From: an uncultured Alphaproteobacteria bacterium
GTDB lineage: Bacteria > Pseudomonadota > Alphaproteobacteria > Rhizobiales > Xanthobacteraceae
Direction of reading: 5' to 3'
DNA: 64,000 nt
NCBI GenBank assembly: GCA_963757565.1
Contig: CAVWSB010000006.1
Location: forward strand, 661,301-725,300
Shown here one piece after another: positions 28,781-38,758 of this stretch. Every line of letters begins with the position of its first letter. The first letter of the stretch is position 1. The position numbers and the translations under genes were made by a program. Below the pieces are notes generated by a model. The model had not been told where the DNA came from. It did no database searches and saw only the letters and a list, made by a program, of their open reading frames with translations.

Positions 28781-29977
28781 TTACACCGGCGGCTTCATCA
28801 GTCCGGCCTGTGTCAGTGCCTTGGTGATGATCGCCATCACGTCCATGGAGCCGCGCGGCGCTTCGCCGAACTTCGGCTTGTCGTCGACGGCATCGAGGAC
28901 TTCCACGCGATCGTCGGGAATCAACTCGACCTCGTCCGGCATCAGATAGGTGCGCACGGCTTCGCGCGGCTGCGGACGCTCCGTTACGCGCGCCTCGCCC
29001 GTGATGCCGAAGAATCGCGCGATGTGATACGAGGAGGAAATCCCGACCTCAAGCAGAAACGGACCGGCCTCGCCGCCATGCGCGGCGGTATCGAGCGGCG
29101 TGCCATGCGCCATGCCGCCGATCGTGAAGGATTCCACGACATCGACGCCGCCACGGCGCCAGACCTTGCGGGGGTATCCGTCGACCTTGTCGGCGACCGG
29201 TGCCGTCTCGATCCCATGCACATTGGTCCACTGCGCGATCAGCGCGTCCGCGTTCATCGGGACGACGGTCGCGTCGCGATCGCCCTGCCACACCGACACG
29301 CGCGGCCACGGTCCGGCATGCGTCGAGGCTCCGCGCACCAGATCGCCCCATTGTTTCGCGGACTGCTGGCGGCCCTGGAACATGCTCTCGAACGCCTGCT
29401 GCACATTGGTGGCGCTGCCATGAGGCAGGCCCGCGACGATTGCGCCCGCCGCAAACACCTCCGGATAGACGGCGAGCATCGTCGCCGCCATCGCGCCGCC
29501 GGCCGAGAGCCCGGTGATGAACACGCGGCCGCGGTCGATGCCATGCGCGCCGATCGTCTTCTCGATCATCTGTCGGATTGAGAAGGCCTCGCCGCGATCG
29601 CGCGCAGTGTCGCCGGGCAGAAACCAGTTGAAACAGGTCTTCGGATTGTTCGCGGGTGTCTGTTCGGGAAACAGCAGCACGAAGCCGTATCGATCGGCGA
29701 GCGTGGACCAGCCCGCGCCGAGATCGTAGCCCGCGGCCGATTGCGTGCAGCCATGCAGCACGACGACCAGCGCGGGCGAGGATTGCAGCTGCTTCGGCGT
29801 GTAGGTGAACATGCGCAGCGCGCCCGGGTTGGAACCGAAGCCGGTCAACTCGGTCAGATGGCTCGGTGCGGTTGCCTGCACACGCGCCGCCCGATCGACT
29901 GCGGTGGATTGCAGCAAGGTCGCCCAATGCCGGCGGTAGCGGGCGAGCACCGAGATGGTCTTTCCGAGTTTGCGCAC
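28781..29977 (-). CDS. PHB depolymerase-family esterase (alpha/beta hydrolase)
   Basis: 398-aa ORF with FGSNPGALRMFTYTP, VVVLHGCTQSAAGY, FNWF and nucleophile elbow ITGLSAGGAMA, typical of the 'esterase, PHB depolymerase family'. Confidence 0.8.
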   Translation of the reverse strand: MRKLGKTISVLARYRRHWATLLQSTAVDRAARVQATAPSHLTELTGFGSNPGALRMFTYTPKQLQSSPALVVVLHGCTQSAAGYDLGAGWSTLADRYGFVLLFPEQTPANNPKTCFNWFLPGDTARDRGEAFSIRQMIEKTIGAHGIDRGRVFITGLSAGGAMAATMLAVYPEVFAAGAIVAGLPHGSATNVQQAFESMFQGRQQSAKQWGDLVRGASTHAGPWPRVSVWQGDRDATVVPMNADALIAQWTNVHGIETAPVADKVDGYPRKVWRRGGVDVVESFTIGGMAHGTPLDTAAHGGEAGPFLLEVGISSSYHIARFFGITGEARVTERPQPREAVRTYLMPDEVELIPDDRVEVLDAVDDKPKFGEAPRGSMDVMAIITKALTQAGLMKPPV

Positions 29978-30192
29978 GCGTTGCTCCTTGTTTTGCGGGC
30001 CAACGCGCGGCCGGCGGATTGGTTGCTGCGATGCAATGCGGATTGCTGCAATGCAATATAATGGATGCGCGGCGGATTGCCATCCATGGCGAAAACTCTG
30101 GGTTAACCAGCACGCCGGGATGGTGAAACGATCCGCACTTGCGCTATGAGCGGCCTCGATTTAGCGCACAGCAAGAAGCAAGGAGGGCAACA

Positions 30193-31221
30193 ATGAACCT
30201 CACGGAACTCAACCGGGTCGCCGAAGCCATGGTGGCGCCGGGCCGCGGAATTCTCGCGGCCGACGAGTCGTCGGGCACGATCAAGAAGCGCTTCGACGCC
30301 ATCAAGGTCGAGAATACCGAGGATAATCGCCGCGACTATCGCGAGATGATGTTCCGCACCTCGGAGGCGATGACCAAGAACATCTCAGGCGTCATCCTCT
30401 ACGATGAGACGATCTGGCAGAAGGCGAAAGACGGCACTCCGCTGGTCGAGCTCATCAAGAAGGCGGGCGCCATTCCCGGTATCAAGGTGGACGAAGGCAC
30501 CAAACCGTTGCCGGCGTGCCCGGGCGAATTGATCACCGTCGGTCTCGACAAACTCGCCGACCGCCTGCCGAAATACTACGAACAGGGGGCGCGCTTTGCG
30601 AAATGGCGCGCCGTGATCGACGTCGGCGCCGGTATTCCGAGCTATGCGGCGATCCACGCCAATGCCCATGCGCTCGCGCGCTACGCCGCGCTTTGCCAGG
30701 CGGCGCAGATCGTGCCGATCGTGGAGCCGGAGGTTCTCATGGATGGCGACCACGACATCGATCGCTGCGCGGCGATCACCGAGTGGATGCTCAAAGAGAC
30801 CTTTATGGAGCTGTTTTATAACAAGGTCGCGCTCGAAGGCATTGTGCTGAAGCCGAACATGACGATTCCCGGCAAGAAGAGCGCCAAGAAGGCTTCCGTG
30901 CAGGAGGTCGCCGAGAAGACCGTGAAGGTGCTCAAGAACTGCGTACCGGGCGCGGTGCCGGGTATTGCGTTCCTCTCCGGCGGGCAGTCGGACGAGGAGG
31001 CCACCGCCCATCTCGACGGGATGAACAAGCTCGGCCCCCTGCCCTGGAAACTGACATTCTCATACGGGCGCGCGCTACAGCATGCCCCGCAGACCGCGTG
31101 GGCCGGCAAATCCGAGAATGTCGCTGCGGCGCAGAGCGCCTTCATCCACCGCGCGCGCATGAACGGCCTCGCCTCGCTCGGCCAATGGAAGGCCGATCTG
31201 GAAGGGAAAAAGGCAGCCTGA
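30193..31221 (+). CDS. fba: class I fructose-bisphosphate aldolase
   Basis: ORF trimmed to MNLTEL at 30193, with AGGAGG upstream. GILAADESSGTIKKRF and LKPNM (Schiff-base Lys region) are class I signatures. Confidence 0.9.
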   Translation: MNLTELNRVAEAMVAPGRGILAADESSGTIKKRFDAIKVENTEDNRRDYREMMFRTSEAMTKNISGVILYDETIWQKAKDGTPLVELIKKAGAIPGIKVDEGTKPLPACPGELITVGLDKLADRLPKYYEQGARFAKWRAVIDVGAGIPSYAAIHANAHALARYAALCQAAQIVPIVEPEVLMDGDHDIDRCAAITEWMLKETFMELFYNKVALEGIVLKPNMTIPGKKSAKKASVQEVAEKTVKVLKNCVPGAVPGIAFLSGGQSDEEATAHLDGMNKLGPLPWKLTFSYGRALQHAPQTAWAGKSENVAAAQSAFIHRARMNGLASLGQWKADLEGKKAA

Positions 31222-31273
31222 GGCGAAGCGGTTTCTCCCCGAGAATAGCGGGGATCGCCGCCATTCCGCCCGA

Positions 31274-31924
31274 ATGGCGTCGCATGCGATGAGCATGGGG
31301 ACAACGGCTGAGCGGCGCGAGGCTGCGCGCCTCTATCTCGTCACGCCGCCGCTCGGCGATCCGGGCGCGATCGCGGACGATCTCGCCGCCGCGCTGAACA
31401 CCACCGACATCGCCGCCGTGCTGGTCCGTCTCGCGCCGGACACCGAGCGCGCCTTGATCGAGCGGATCGAGGCATTGCGCATCCTGATCCAGAGCAACGG
31501 CGCGGCGTTGCTGCTCGACGGCCATCCCGAACTTGTCGAGCGGACGCAATCCGACGGCGCGCATGTCAGCGGCATCGATGCCTTCAAAAGCGCAGGCGGT
31601 CTGAAGCCGAAATATATCGTGGGCTGCGGCGGCCTGACCTCGCGTCACGACGCCATGCTCGCTGGCGAATCGGGCACCGACTACGTCATGTTTGGCGAAC
31701 CGGAAAACGAGCGGCGGCCGCGGCTCGAGGCGGTACTGGATCGCGTTGTGTGGTGGGCCGACGTCATGACCATTCCCTGCGTCGGCTACGCGGAAGGCCT
31801 CGACGACGTGGCGGCACTCGCGCAGGCCGGCGCCGATTTCGTGGCGCTCGACGAGACGATCTGGCGCAAGGATCTCCGCGCCGCGATGGATGCACTGGCG
31901 CGCGTTCCGGAGCCTGCACGATGA
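31274..31924 (+). CDS. thiamine phosphate synthase-like (TMP-TENI family) protein
   Basis: 216-aa ORF with LYLVTPP..., DGAHV and a TIM-barrel-like pattern. The exact start is uncertain. Confidence 0.7.
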   Translation: MASHAMSMGTTAERREAARLYLVTPPLGDPGAIADDLAAALNTTDIAAVLVRLAPDTERALIERIEALRILIQSNGAALLLDGHPELVERTQSDGAHVSGIDAFKSAGGLKPKYIVGCGGLTSRHDAMLAGESGTDYVMFGEPENERRPRLEAVLDRVVWWADVMTIPCVGYAEGLDDVAALAQAGADFVALDETIWRKDLRAAMDALARVPEPAR

Positions 31925-33153
31925 TGCGCCGGTTGCTCATGGGTGCGGTCTCGCTCGCCGCCATCATCGCGGCGCACGGTGTGTGCGCGCAAGCACCGAT
32001 GCAGATCACGCCCTCTGTCGCCACGGCACCGGCAGCAAAAAAGCCCGCGGCAAAACCGAAGATCGCCCGCGAGCCGGCAGCAAAGCCCGCCAAGACGCCG
32101 GAGCCAAAACAGCCACGCGAGCCTGCGCTCAAGAAGTCCATCTCAAGTTCAAAGCCGGACAATACGATCCGCGCTGCCGGCGCCTCTTCGGCGCCCAGCG
32201 CCTTCGAGCGCGAGCAGATACCCGCCGTACCCTTCACGCCTCCGGAGAAATTGCCGCCCGCCAAGACGCAGCAGGCCGCGCTGCAATCGCCGCCCCCAGC
32301 GGGGCCGCAGGGCGACGTTGCCTTCGGCGCGTTTCAGCGCGGCTACTATGTCGAAGCCTTCAAGGAGGCGACGCGCCGCGCCAGCGAGCAGGGCGATCCG
32401 GTCGCGATGACGCTGCTCGGCGAACTCTACTCCAATGGCTACGGCGTTCCGAAGGACGACAAGAAAGCGCTGGCCTGGTTCTCGCTCGCAGCCGATCGCG
32501 GTGACCGTCAGGCGATCTTCGCGCTCGCGATGCTGCGCTTCGCGGGCCGCGGCGCGCCGCAGGACCGGGCGGAGGCGGCGGCGCTGCTGGAGAAGGCCGC
32601 CAAGCTCGGCCATATCGCGGCGACCTACAATCTCGCCCTGCTCTACCTCGAAGGCCATCAGGTCACGCAAAACGTCGCCCATGCTGCCGAATTGCTGCGG
32701 ACCGCAGCCGATGCCGGCAGTCCTGAGGGACAGTATGCGCTCGCCACGCTCTACAAGGAGGGCAGCGGCGTGCCGAAGGACCCTGCCGCCGCGGCGAAAC
32801 TGCTGGCGGCGGCGGCGCGCGGCGGAAATGACGCCGCGCAGGTCGAGTATGCCATTGCGTTGTTCAATGGCTCCGGCCTGCCCAAGGACGAGAGCGGGGC
32901 TGCCGCGCTGTTCCGCAAGGTGGCGCTGAAGGGCAGCGCGGTCGCGCAAAACCGGCTGGCACGGATTCTCGCGACCGGGCGCGGCATGCCGACCGATCCG
33001 GTCGCGGCCATCAAGTGGCACACCATCGCCAAGGCGGGCGGCGCCTCCGACGTGTGGCTCGAGAACTATATGCAGTCGGCCAAGCCGGCGGACCGCAGCG
33101 CGGGCGAGAACGCGGCGCGGCTCTGGCTCGCCCACGCCCAGCCGCAGTCATGA
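31921..33153 (+). CDS. Sel1-repeat (SLR/TPR-like) secreted protein
   Basis: The ATG at 31921 overlaps the previous stop (ATGA). Signal peptide MMRRLLMGAVSLAAIIAAHGVCAQA, a Pro/Ala/Lys linker, then about 6 Sel1 repeats (A..W...AA..G...A...LA.LY..G.GVP.D). Confidence 0.8.
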   Translation: MMRRLLMGAVSLAAIIAAHGVCAQAPMQITPSVATAPAAKKPAAKPKIAREPAAKPAKTPEPKQPREPALKKSISSSKPDNTIRAAGASSAPSAFEREQIPAVPFTPPEKLPPAKTQQAALQSPPPAGPQGDVAFGAFQRGYYVEAFKEATRRASEQGDPVAMTLLGELYSNGYGVPKDDKKALAWFSLAADRGDRQAIFALAMLRFAGRGAPQDRAEAAALLEKAAKLGHIAATYNLALLYLEGHQVTQNVAHAAELLRTAADAGSPEGQYALATLYKEGSGVPKDPAAAAKLLAAAARGGNDAAQVEYAIALFNGSGLPKDESGAAALFRKVALKGSAVAQNRLARILATGRGMPTDPVAAIKWHTIAKAGGASDVWLENYMQSAKPADRSAGENAARLWLAHAQPQS

Positions 33154-33244
33154 GTTGACAACCGGCCGGTCCGGCAGGCTATCAGCGGCGCACCAAGCAA
33201 TCTTTCCCCCGACAGCGCGCTCTCTCCGGCGCGTGGAGTTCATC

Positions 33245-34036
33245 GTGCCCGCCCAATCCGCCCTGCTGAACGTGATGGAAGCCGCCGCGCGCAAGGCCGG
33301 CCGTAGCCTGAAGCGCGACTTCGGCGAGGTTGCGAACCTGCAGGTGTCACTCAAGGGTCCGGCGAACTTCGTGTCGGCAGCCGATCACCGCGCCGAAGAT
33401 ATCCTGCGCACGGAGCTTCTGAAGGCGCGGCCGGGCTACGGCTTCGTCGGCGAGGAAGGCGGCGGCCACGAGGGCACCGACAAGACCCACACCTGGATTG
33501 TCGATCCGCTCGACGGCACCACCAACTTCCTGCACAGCATTCCGCATTTCGCCATCTCGATCGCGCTGGTGCGCGAGGGAACGCCGATCGCCGGGCTGAT
33601 CTACAATCCAGCGAACGACGAATTTTTCACCGCCGAGAAGGGCAAGGGCGCGTTCTTCAACGACCGCCGCATCCGCGTGGCGGGGCGCAAGCGCCTCTCC
33701 GAGGCCGTTGTGTGCTGCGCGCTGCCGCATCATGGCCGCGGCGATCTGGCGCTGTTCCGCCGCGAGATGAGCGCGATCCAGGACAAGGTCGCGGGTCTGC
33801 GCCGCTTCGGCGCGGCCGCGCTCGACCTCGCCTATGTGGCGGCGGGGCGGTTCGACGCCTACTGGGAGCGGGGGCTGGCAGCGTGGGATATCGCGGCCGG
33901 CGTGCTGCTGGTGCGCGAAGCCGGCGGCTATGTCACCGATCTCGCCGACAAGGAGCGCACCATGGAGGCGGGCGACATCATCGCCGGCAACGAAACCATG
34001 CATCGAGAGTTGCTCGAACTGCTTCGCGGCGCCTAA
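33245..34036 (+). CDS. suhB: inositol monophosphatase family protein (SuhB-like)
   Basis: ORF trimmed to the GTG at 33245. FVGEEGG and WIVDPLDGTTNFLH motifs, and WDIAAG near the C-terminus. Confidence 0.85.
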   Translation: MPAQSALLNVMEAAARKAGRSLKRDFGEVANLQVSLKGPANFVSAADHRAEDILRTELLKARPGYGFVGEEGGGHEGTDKTHTWIVDPLDGTTNFLHSIPHFAISIALVREGTPIAGLIYNPANDEFFTAEKGKGAFFNDRRIRVAGRKRLSEAVVCCALPHHGRGDLALFRREMSAIQDKVAGLRRFGAAALDLAYVAAGRFDAYWERGLAAWDIAAGVLLVREAGGYVTDLADKERTMEAGDIIAGNETMHRELLELLRGA

Positions 34037-34147
34037 CTATCTGACGACGCTTGCAGGTCGAACCGCTGTGCAATTGCCGCCGATGTGCCATCATTGCGGG
34101 CGATTCATAGCCGGACGGCAGCGCACCTAGAAGGACACGCGCGAAGC

Positions 34148-35158
34148 ATGGCGCGAGATCTCGACCCGTTCAAACTCTCCTCACCCCGGATCTTTCTGGT
34201 CCGCATGATGGTGTTCCTGATCCTGTGCGGCCTGGTCGTGGTCGTGCTGCACAAGCAGATCGCCGTCGCCTTCATGGCCAATCCGGGGCTGAACGCGCTC
34301 ATCATCGCGGTGCTTGTCATCGGCGTGCTGCTGGCGTTCCGGCAGGTGATCCGCCTGTTCGCGGAGGTCTCGTGGGTCAACGGGTTCCGCCTTGCCGATC
34401 CGGGCCTTGCGGTGTCGCGCTATCCGGTCCTGCTCGCCCCGATGGCGACGATTTTGGGCGAGCGCGCCGGCCGCACCGCGATCTCGCCCACCACGATGCG
34501 CGGCCTGATGGATTCGATCGCGACACGCCTCGACGAGGCGCGCGACATCTCGCGCTACATGACGAGCCTGCTGGTGTTTCTCGGCCTGCTCGGCACCTTC
34601 TGGGGCCTGATCGAAACGGTCGGCTCGGTCGGCAACGTCATCCAGAACCTGAAAGTGGGCGGAGAATCCGGCGCTGTGTTCGACTCGCTGCGCGAGGGCC
34701 TCGCCGCACCGCTCAGCGGCATGGGCATTTCGTTTTCGTCCTCGCTGTTCGGGCTCGCGGGCTCTCTCGCGCTCGGCTTCCTCGACCTGCAGGCGGGCCA
34801 GGCGCAGAACCGTTTCTACATGGAGCTGGAAGACTGGCTCTCGACCATCGTAAGCGATCTGACGATCGACACCGACGCACGGCCGGTGATGTCCGGGCAG
34901 CCGGGCGAGATGCGCAGCGCCATCGACAAGCTGAAGGAAGCCGTCGCCGAGACCGGTTCGAACCGCGCCGCGACCGCAGCGATGGCCAACCTCGCCGAGG
35001 CGATCCACGGGCTCGTCAGCCACATGCGCACCGAGCAGCAGATGATCCGCGACTGGGCCGACGCACAGGCCACGCAGAGTCGCGAGATGAACCGCCTGCT
35101 GGAGCGCATCGCGGGCGATGAGCCGCGCAAGGACGAACTGCGCAAGACTGTGAGATAG
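34148..35158 (+). CDS. MotA/TolQ/ExbB-family proton-channel protein with helical C-terminal tail
   Basis: ORF trimmed to MARDLDPF. Four TM spans, including LLVFLGLLGTFWGLIETV and GMGISFSSSLFGLAGSLALGFLDL (channel signature), then about 110 aa of charged helix. Confidence 0.75.
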   Translation: MARDLDPFKLSSPRIFLVRMMVFLILCGLVVVVLHKQIAVAFMANPGLNALIIAVLVIGVLLAFRQVIRLFAEVSWVNGFRLADPGLAVSRYPVLLAPMATILGERAGRTAISPTTMRGLMDSIATRLDEARDISRYMTSLLVFLGLLGTFWGLIETVGSVGNVIQNLKVGGESGAVFDSLREGLAAPLSGMGISFSSSLFGLAGSLALGFLDLQAGQAQNRFYMELEDWLSTIVSDLTIDTDARPVMSGQPGEMRSAIDKLKEAVAETGSNRAATAAMANLAEAIHGLVSHMRTEQQMIRDWADAQATQSREMNRLLERIAGDEPRKDELRKTVR

Positions 35159-35159
35159 C

Positions 35160-36173
35160 ATGGCGCTTGCCCGCAGGAGCCGCGAGCGCGGCGTCGATTA
35201 CTGGCCCGGCTTCGTCGATGCGCTCTCGACGCTGATCCTCGGCATCGTCTTCCTGCTCTCGGTGTTCGTGATCGTGCAGTTCTTCCTGTCGCAGGAAGTC
35301 ACCGGCAAGGACACGGCGCTGCAACGCCTCAATGCGCAACTCGCGCAGCTCACCGAAATGCTGTCGCTGGAGAAGGTCGGAAAAGCCAACCTTGAGGATA
35401 CGCTCGCCTCGCTGCGCGCCAACCTCGCCGCGACGGAAGGCGACCGCGACCGCCTCAAGGGCCTCTACGAGGGGCTGCAGTCCGGCAGCGGCAAGGCGAG
35501 CGAACTCGCCACCCAACTGGATGCCCAGAAGGGGCTGGCTGCGCGCGCGATGGCGCAGGTGGAATTGCTCAACCAGCAGATCGCCGCGCTGCGCCGCCAG
35601 CTTGCTGCCGTCGAAAGCGCGCTCGAAGCCTCCGAGAGCAAGGACAAGGAGTCGCAGGGGCGCATCGCCGATCTCGGCCAGCGACTCAATCTCGCGCTGG
35701 CGCAGCGCGTGCAGGAACTGTCGCGCTTCCGCTCCGAATTCTTCGGGCGCCTGCGCACGATCCTCGGCGACCGCCCGGACATCCGCGTGGTGGGCGACCG
35801 CTTCGTATTCCAGTCGGAAGTTTTCTTCGACCCCGGACAGGCCGTCATTCAGCCAGGAGGGCGCGCCGAACTCGACAAGCTTGCGGCCGCGCTGGTCGAG
35901 CTGGACAAGCAGATCCCGAAGGACATCGCCTGGGTGCTGCGCGTCGACGGTCACACCGACGTGCGCCCGATCGCGAGCGCGCAGTTTCCCTCCAACTGGG
36001 AGCTGTCCGCGGCGCGCGCCATTTCGGTGGTCCAATATCTCATCAGCAAGGGCATCTCGCCGCAACGCCTGGTCGCGGCGGGCTTCGGCGAATTCCAGCC
36101 GCTCGATCCCGGCACCAGCGACGACGCTTATCGCCGCAACCGCCGCATCGAGCTGAAGCTGACCGAGCGGTGA
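35160..36173 (+). CDS. MotB/OmpA-family peptidoglycan-binding protein with long coiled-coil linker
   Basis: Starts 2 nt after the MotA-like stop. YWPGFVDALSTLILGIVFLL is a MotB-type TM with an Asp. About 150 aa of heptad-like coiled coil follow, then an OmpA-like domain (HTD...NWELSAARAISVVQYL...RRNRRIEL). Confidence 0.8.
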   Translation: MALARRSRERGVDYWPGFVDALSTLILGIVFLLSVFVIVQFFLSQEVTGKDTALQRLNAQLAQLTEMLSLEKVGKANLEDTLASLRANLAATEGDRDRLKGLYEGLQSGSGKASELATQLDAQKGLAARAMAQVELLNQQIAALRRQLAAVESALEASESKDKESQGRIADLGQRLNLALAQRVQELSRFRSEFFGRLRTILGDRPDIRVVGDRFVFQSEVFFDPGQAVIQPGGRAELDKLAAALVELDKQIPKDIAWVLRVDGHTDVRPIASAQFPSNWELSAARAISVVQYLISKGISPQRLVAAGFGEFQPLDPGTSDDAYRRNRRIELKLTER

Positions 36174-36188
36174 TGCATTCACTCATTC

Positions 36189-36274
36189 GTCATGGCCGGG
36201 CTTGACCCGGCCATCCACGACTTACTCAAACTGCAAGCGAAGACGTGGATGCCCGGCTCAAGGCCGGGCATGAC
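36189..36274. repeat. nested-hairpin palindromic intergenic element, family B
   Basis: GTCATGGCCGGGCTTGACCCGGCCATCCACG...CGTGGATGCCCGGCTCAAGGCCGGGCATGAC, between convergent genes. Confidence 0.7.
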
Positions 36275-36278
36275 GAAG

Positions 36279-38108
36279 TCAGGTGGTCTGAAACTGCAGC
36301 TTCGCCAGCCGCGCATAAAGCCCGCCCGCTGCCGAAAGCTGCGCATGCGTCCCCTGCTCGACGATGCGGCCGCCATCCAGCACCATGATGCGATCGCACG
36401 AGAGCACCGTCGCAAGCCTGTGCGCGATAACGAGCGTGGTGCGCTCCTGCATCAGCCGCGCAAGCGCGACCGAAACCTGCGTCTCGCTTTCGGCATCGAG
36501 CGAGGAGGTCGCCTCGTCGAGCAGCAGCAGCGGCGCGTCGCGCAGGATCGCGCGCGCGATTGCAATACGCTGGCGCTGACCGCCCGAGAGCGTCACGCCG
36601 CGTTCGCCGATCAGCGTCTCGTAGCGCTCGGGGAGCCGGTCGATGAACTCGGCTGCCGCGGCAAGCTCTGCGGCGCGCACGATCTCGGCCTGCGTGGCAT
36701 CGGGCCGTCCGAACCCGATGTTTTCCGCGATGCTCGCGCCGAAAATCGAAACATCCTGCGGCACCAGCGCAATGCGGTTGCGCAGCGCGCGCGGATCGGC
36801 ATCGGCGACGCGTACACCGTCGAACGCGACCATGCCCGCGCTGACGTCGTAGAAGCGCAGCAGCAAATGGAAAATTGTGCTCTTGCCCGCGCCCGACGGA
36901 CCGACAATTGCGACCTTTTCGCCGGGCCGCACATGGAACGAAACCCCGTCGAGCACGAACACATCCGGCCGCGACGGATAGGCGAACCGCACGCCCTCGA
37001 ACGTCACCTCGCCGCGTGCTGGCTGCGGCAGCGCGACCGGCTGCGCCGGCGCCTTGATGTCGGCTTCGACGGCCAGCAGTTCGGTCAGCCGTTCGGCCGC
37101 GCCCGACGCCTGCGAAATCTCGCCCCAGGTCTCGCTCAATTGCCCCAGCCCGCTTGCGGCGAACACCGCATAGAGGATGAACTGACTGAGCGTGCCGGGC
37201 GTGGTGCGGCCGGCGAGCACATCCTGCGCGCCGACCCAGAGGATCAGCACGACGCTCGAAAACACCAGAAAGATGATGATCGCGGTCAGGACCGCCCGCG
37301 CGCGGATCGACTGGCGTGCCGCCTCGAAGGCGCGCATGACCGCACCGCCGAAGCGCGATTGCGCGGCCGCCTCGCTGGTGAAGGCCTGCAGCGTGCGGAT
37401 CGCGCCGATGAGTTCGGCCGCGTAGGCGGAGGCATCGGCGAGCGTATCCTGCGCGGTGCGTGAACGCCGCCGCACCATGCGGCCGAAGGCCACCAGCGGC
37501 AGCACGATGATCGGGATCGCGACGAGCACGAACAGCGACAGGCGCGGGCTCGTCACCACCATCATGGCGGCGGAGCCGAAGAACAGCACCACATTGCGCA
37601 GCGCGACCGAGACCGACGAGCCGACGGCGCTCTTGATCTGCGTCGTGTCGGCGGTAAGCCGCGAGGTGATCTCGCCGGTCCTGGCGCTGTCGAAGAAACC
37701 GGGCGAGAGCTCGGTCAGGTGCGCGAAAACGGCGGCGCGCAAATCGGCGACGACGCGCTCCCCGATGATGGTGACAAGATAGAAGCGCATCGCGCTCGCA
37801 ATGGCGAGCACAGCGGCAACCCCGATCATCACGGCGAAATACTGGTTGATCAGTCCGATCCGTTCGGCCGAAAAGCCGAAGTCGATCATGCGCCGCACCG
37901 CAAGCGGAACCGCGAGCGTCGCAGTCGATGCGATAAGCAACGAAACGAGTGCGGCGACAACCTTGCCGCGGTAGCGCATGACGTAAGGCACAAGCGCCAG
38001 CAGCGGGCGTACGCGGATGCGGCGGGGCTTTGCCGGCTCCGATATCGCCGCCAGCACGGCCGGCTCGACAAGTTCAGGGGTGGCGCGGTCGTTCATCGCG
38101 GGCGACAT
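36279..38108 (-). CDS. ABC transporter, fused permease/ATPase (MsbA-like exporter family)
   Basis: 609-aa ORF with a six-TM ABC_membrane domain, Walker [10 protein letters not shown], signature [14 protein letters not shown] and Walker [10 protein letters not shown]. Confidence 0.9.
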   Translation of the reverse strand: MSPAMNDRATPELVEPAVLAAISEPAKPRRIRVRPLLALVPYVMRYRGKVVAALVSLLIASTATLAVPLAVRRMIDFGFSAERIGLINQYFAVMIGVAAVLAIASAMRFYLVTIIGERVVADLRAAVFAHLTELSPGFFDSARTGEITSRLTADTTQIKSAVGSSVSVALRNVVLFFGSAAMMVVTSPRLSLFVLVAIPIIVLPLVAFGRMVRRRSRTAQDTLADASAYAAELIGAIRTLQAFTSEAAAQSRFGGAVMRAFEAARQSIRARAVLTAIIIFLVFSSVVLILWVGAQDVLAGRTTPGTLSQFILYAVFAASGLGQLSETWGEISQASGAAERLTELLAVEADIKAPAQPVALPQPARGEVTFEGVRFAYPSRPDVFVLDGVSFHVRPGEKVAIVGPSGAGKSTIFHLLLRFYDVSAGMVAFDGVRVADADPRALRNRIALVPQDVSIFGASIAENIGFGRPDATQAEIVRAAELAAAAEFIDRLPERYETLIGERGVTLSGGQRQRIAIARAILRDAPLLLLDEATSSLDAESETQVSVALARLMQERTTLVIAHRLATVLSCDRIMVLDGGRIVEQGTHAQLSAAGGLYARLAKLQFQTT

Positions 38109-38149
38109 TGCATCGGCCCCGCACTCAAGACAATCGCGGCAATCCCGGC

Positions 38150-38178
38150 TTGTTTCGGCGAAATCCGTGGGTTATAGA
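38150..38178 (+). promoter_or_regulatory. possible sigma70-type promoter of rpmE
   Basis: TTGTTT-N17-TATAGA about 50 nt upstream of the rpmE ATG. Weak, sequence-only call. Confidence 0.25.
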
Positions 38179-38226
38179 GCCGCAACTTTTCCAGGACATC
38201 GCGCCAGAGGGCGCCAGGAACCTGCC

Positions 38227-38451
38227 ATGAAAGCCGATATCCATCCGGACTATCACACCGTCAAGGTCGTCATGACCGACGGCACCGAATTCACCACCCG
38301 CACCACCTGGGGCAAGTCGGGCGACACGCTCAACCTCGACATCGACCCGAAGTCGCACCCGGCCTGGACCGGCGGCCAGCAGCATCTGCTCGACCGCGGC
38401 GGCCGTCTCTCGCGCTTCCAGAAGAAGTTTGGCGGGCTCGGCAAGAAGTAA
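38227..38451 (+). CDS. rpmE: 50S ribosomal protein L31
   Basis: [30 protein letters not shown]...HPAWTGGQQ...RFQKKFG, an unmistakable L31 (non-Cys type). Confidence 0.95.
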   Translation: MKADIHPDYHTVKVVMTDGTEFTTRTTWGKSGDTLNLDIDPKSHPAWTGGQQHLLDRGGRLSRFQKKFGGLGKK

Positions 38452-38459
38452 GCTCCGCT

Positions 38460-38750
38460 TCAGGCGACCTTCGGCTCCAATCTCTTGATTTTGGCGGTGG
38501 CGACGCGTGCGCGCGCCTGGGCGAGGTCGAAATTGATCTGCATGCGCAGCCAGCCTGCGGCCGTCCCACCGATCGCCTTTTCAAGCCTGACCGCCATTTC
38601 CGGCGAGATTGCGCATTGTCCGTTGACGACCCGGTAGAGCTGCTGCCGAGTGACACCAAGACCTTTCGCGGCTTCAGCCACGCTGAACCCGAGCGCTTCG
38701 AAATCGTCTTTGAGTCCTGCGCCCGGATGCGGGGGATTCTTCATCGGCAT
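38460..38750 (-). CDS. higA: HigA-family antitoxin (XRE HTH)
   Basis: 96-aa ORF with HPGAGLKDDFEALGFSVAEAAKGLGVTRQQLYRVVNGQCAISPEMAVRLEKAIG, directly downstream of the HigB-like toxin. Confidence 0.85.
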   Translation of the reverse strand: MPMKNPPHPGAGLKDDFEALGFSVAEAAKGLGVTRQQLYRVVNGQCAISPEMAVRLEKAIGGTAAGWLRMQINFDLAQARARVATAKIKRLEPKVA

Positions 38751-38758
38751 TTCACCAC

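Noticed and set aside
31222-31273. TPP riboswitch upstream of the thiamine-phosphate-synthase-like gene
   Set aside because: The spacer is only about 50 nt and lacks the CUGAGA/ACCUGA THI-box elements. It contains just a small CCCCG/CGGGG hairpin.
34148-36173. Zorya-type anti-phage system (ZorA/ZorB are MotA/MotB homologs)
   Set aside because: No zorC/zorD/zorE-like genes follow, and the next gene is a convergent ABC exporter. The MotA-like protein is far shorter than ZorA. The locus sits among housekeeping genes (suhB), which suggests a conserved core function.
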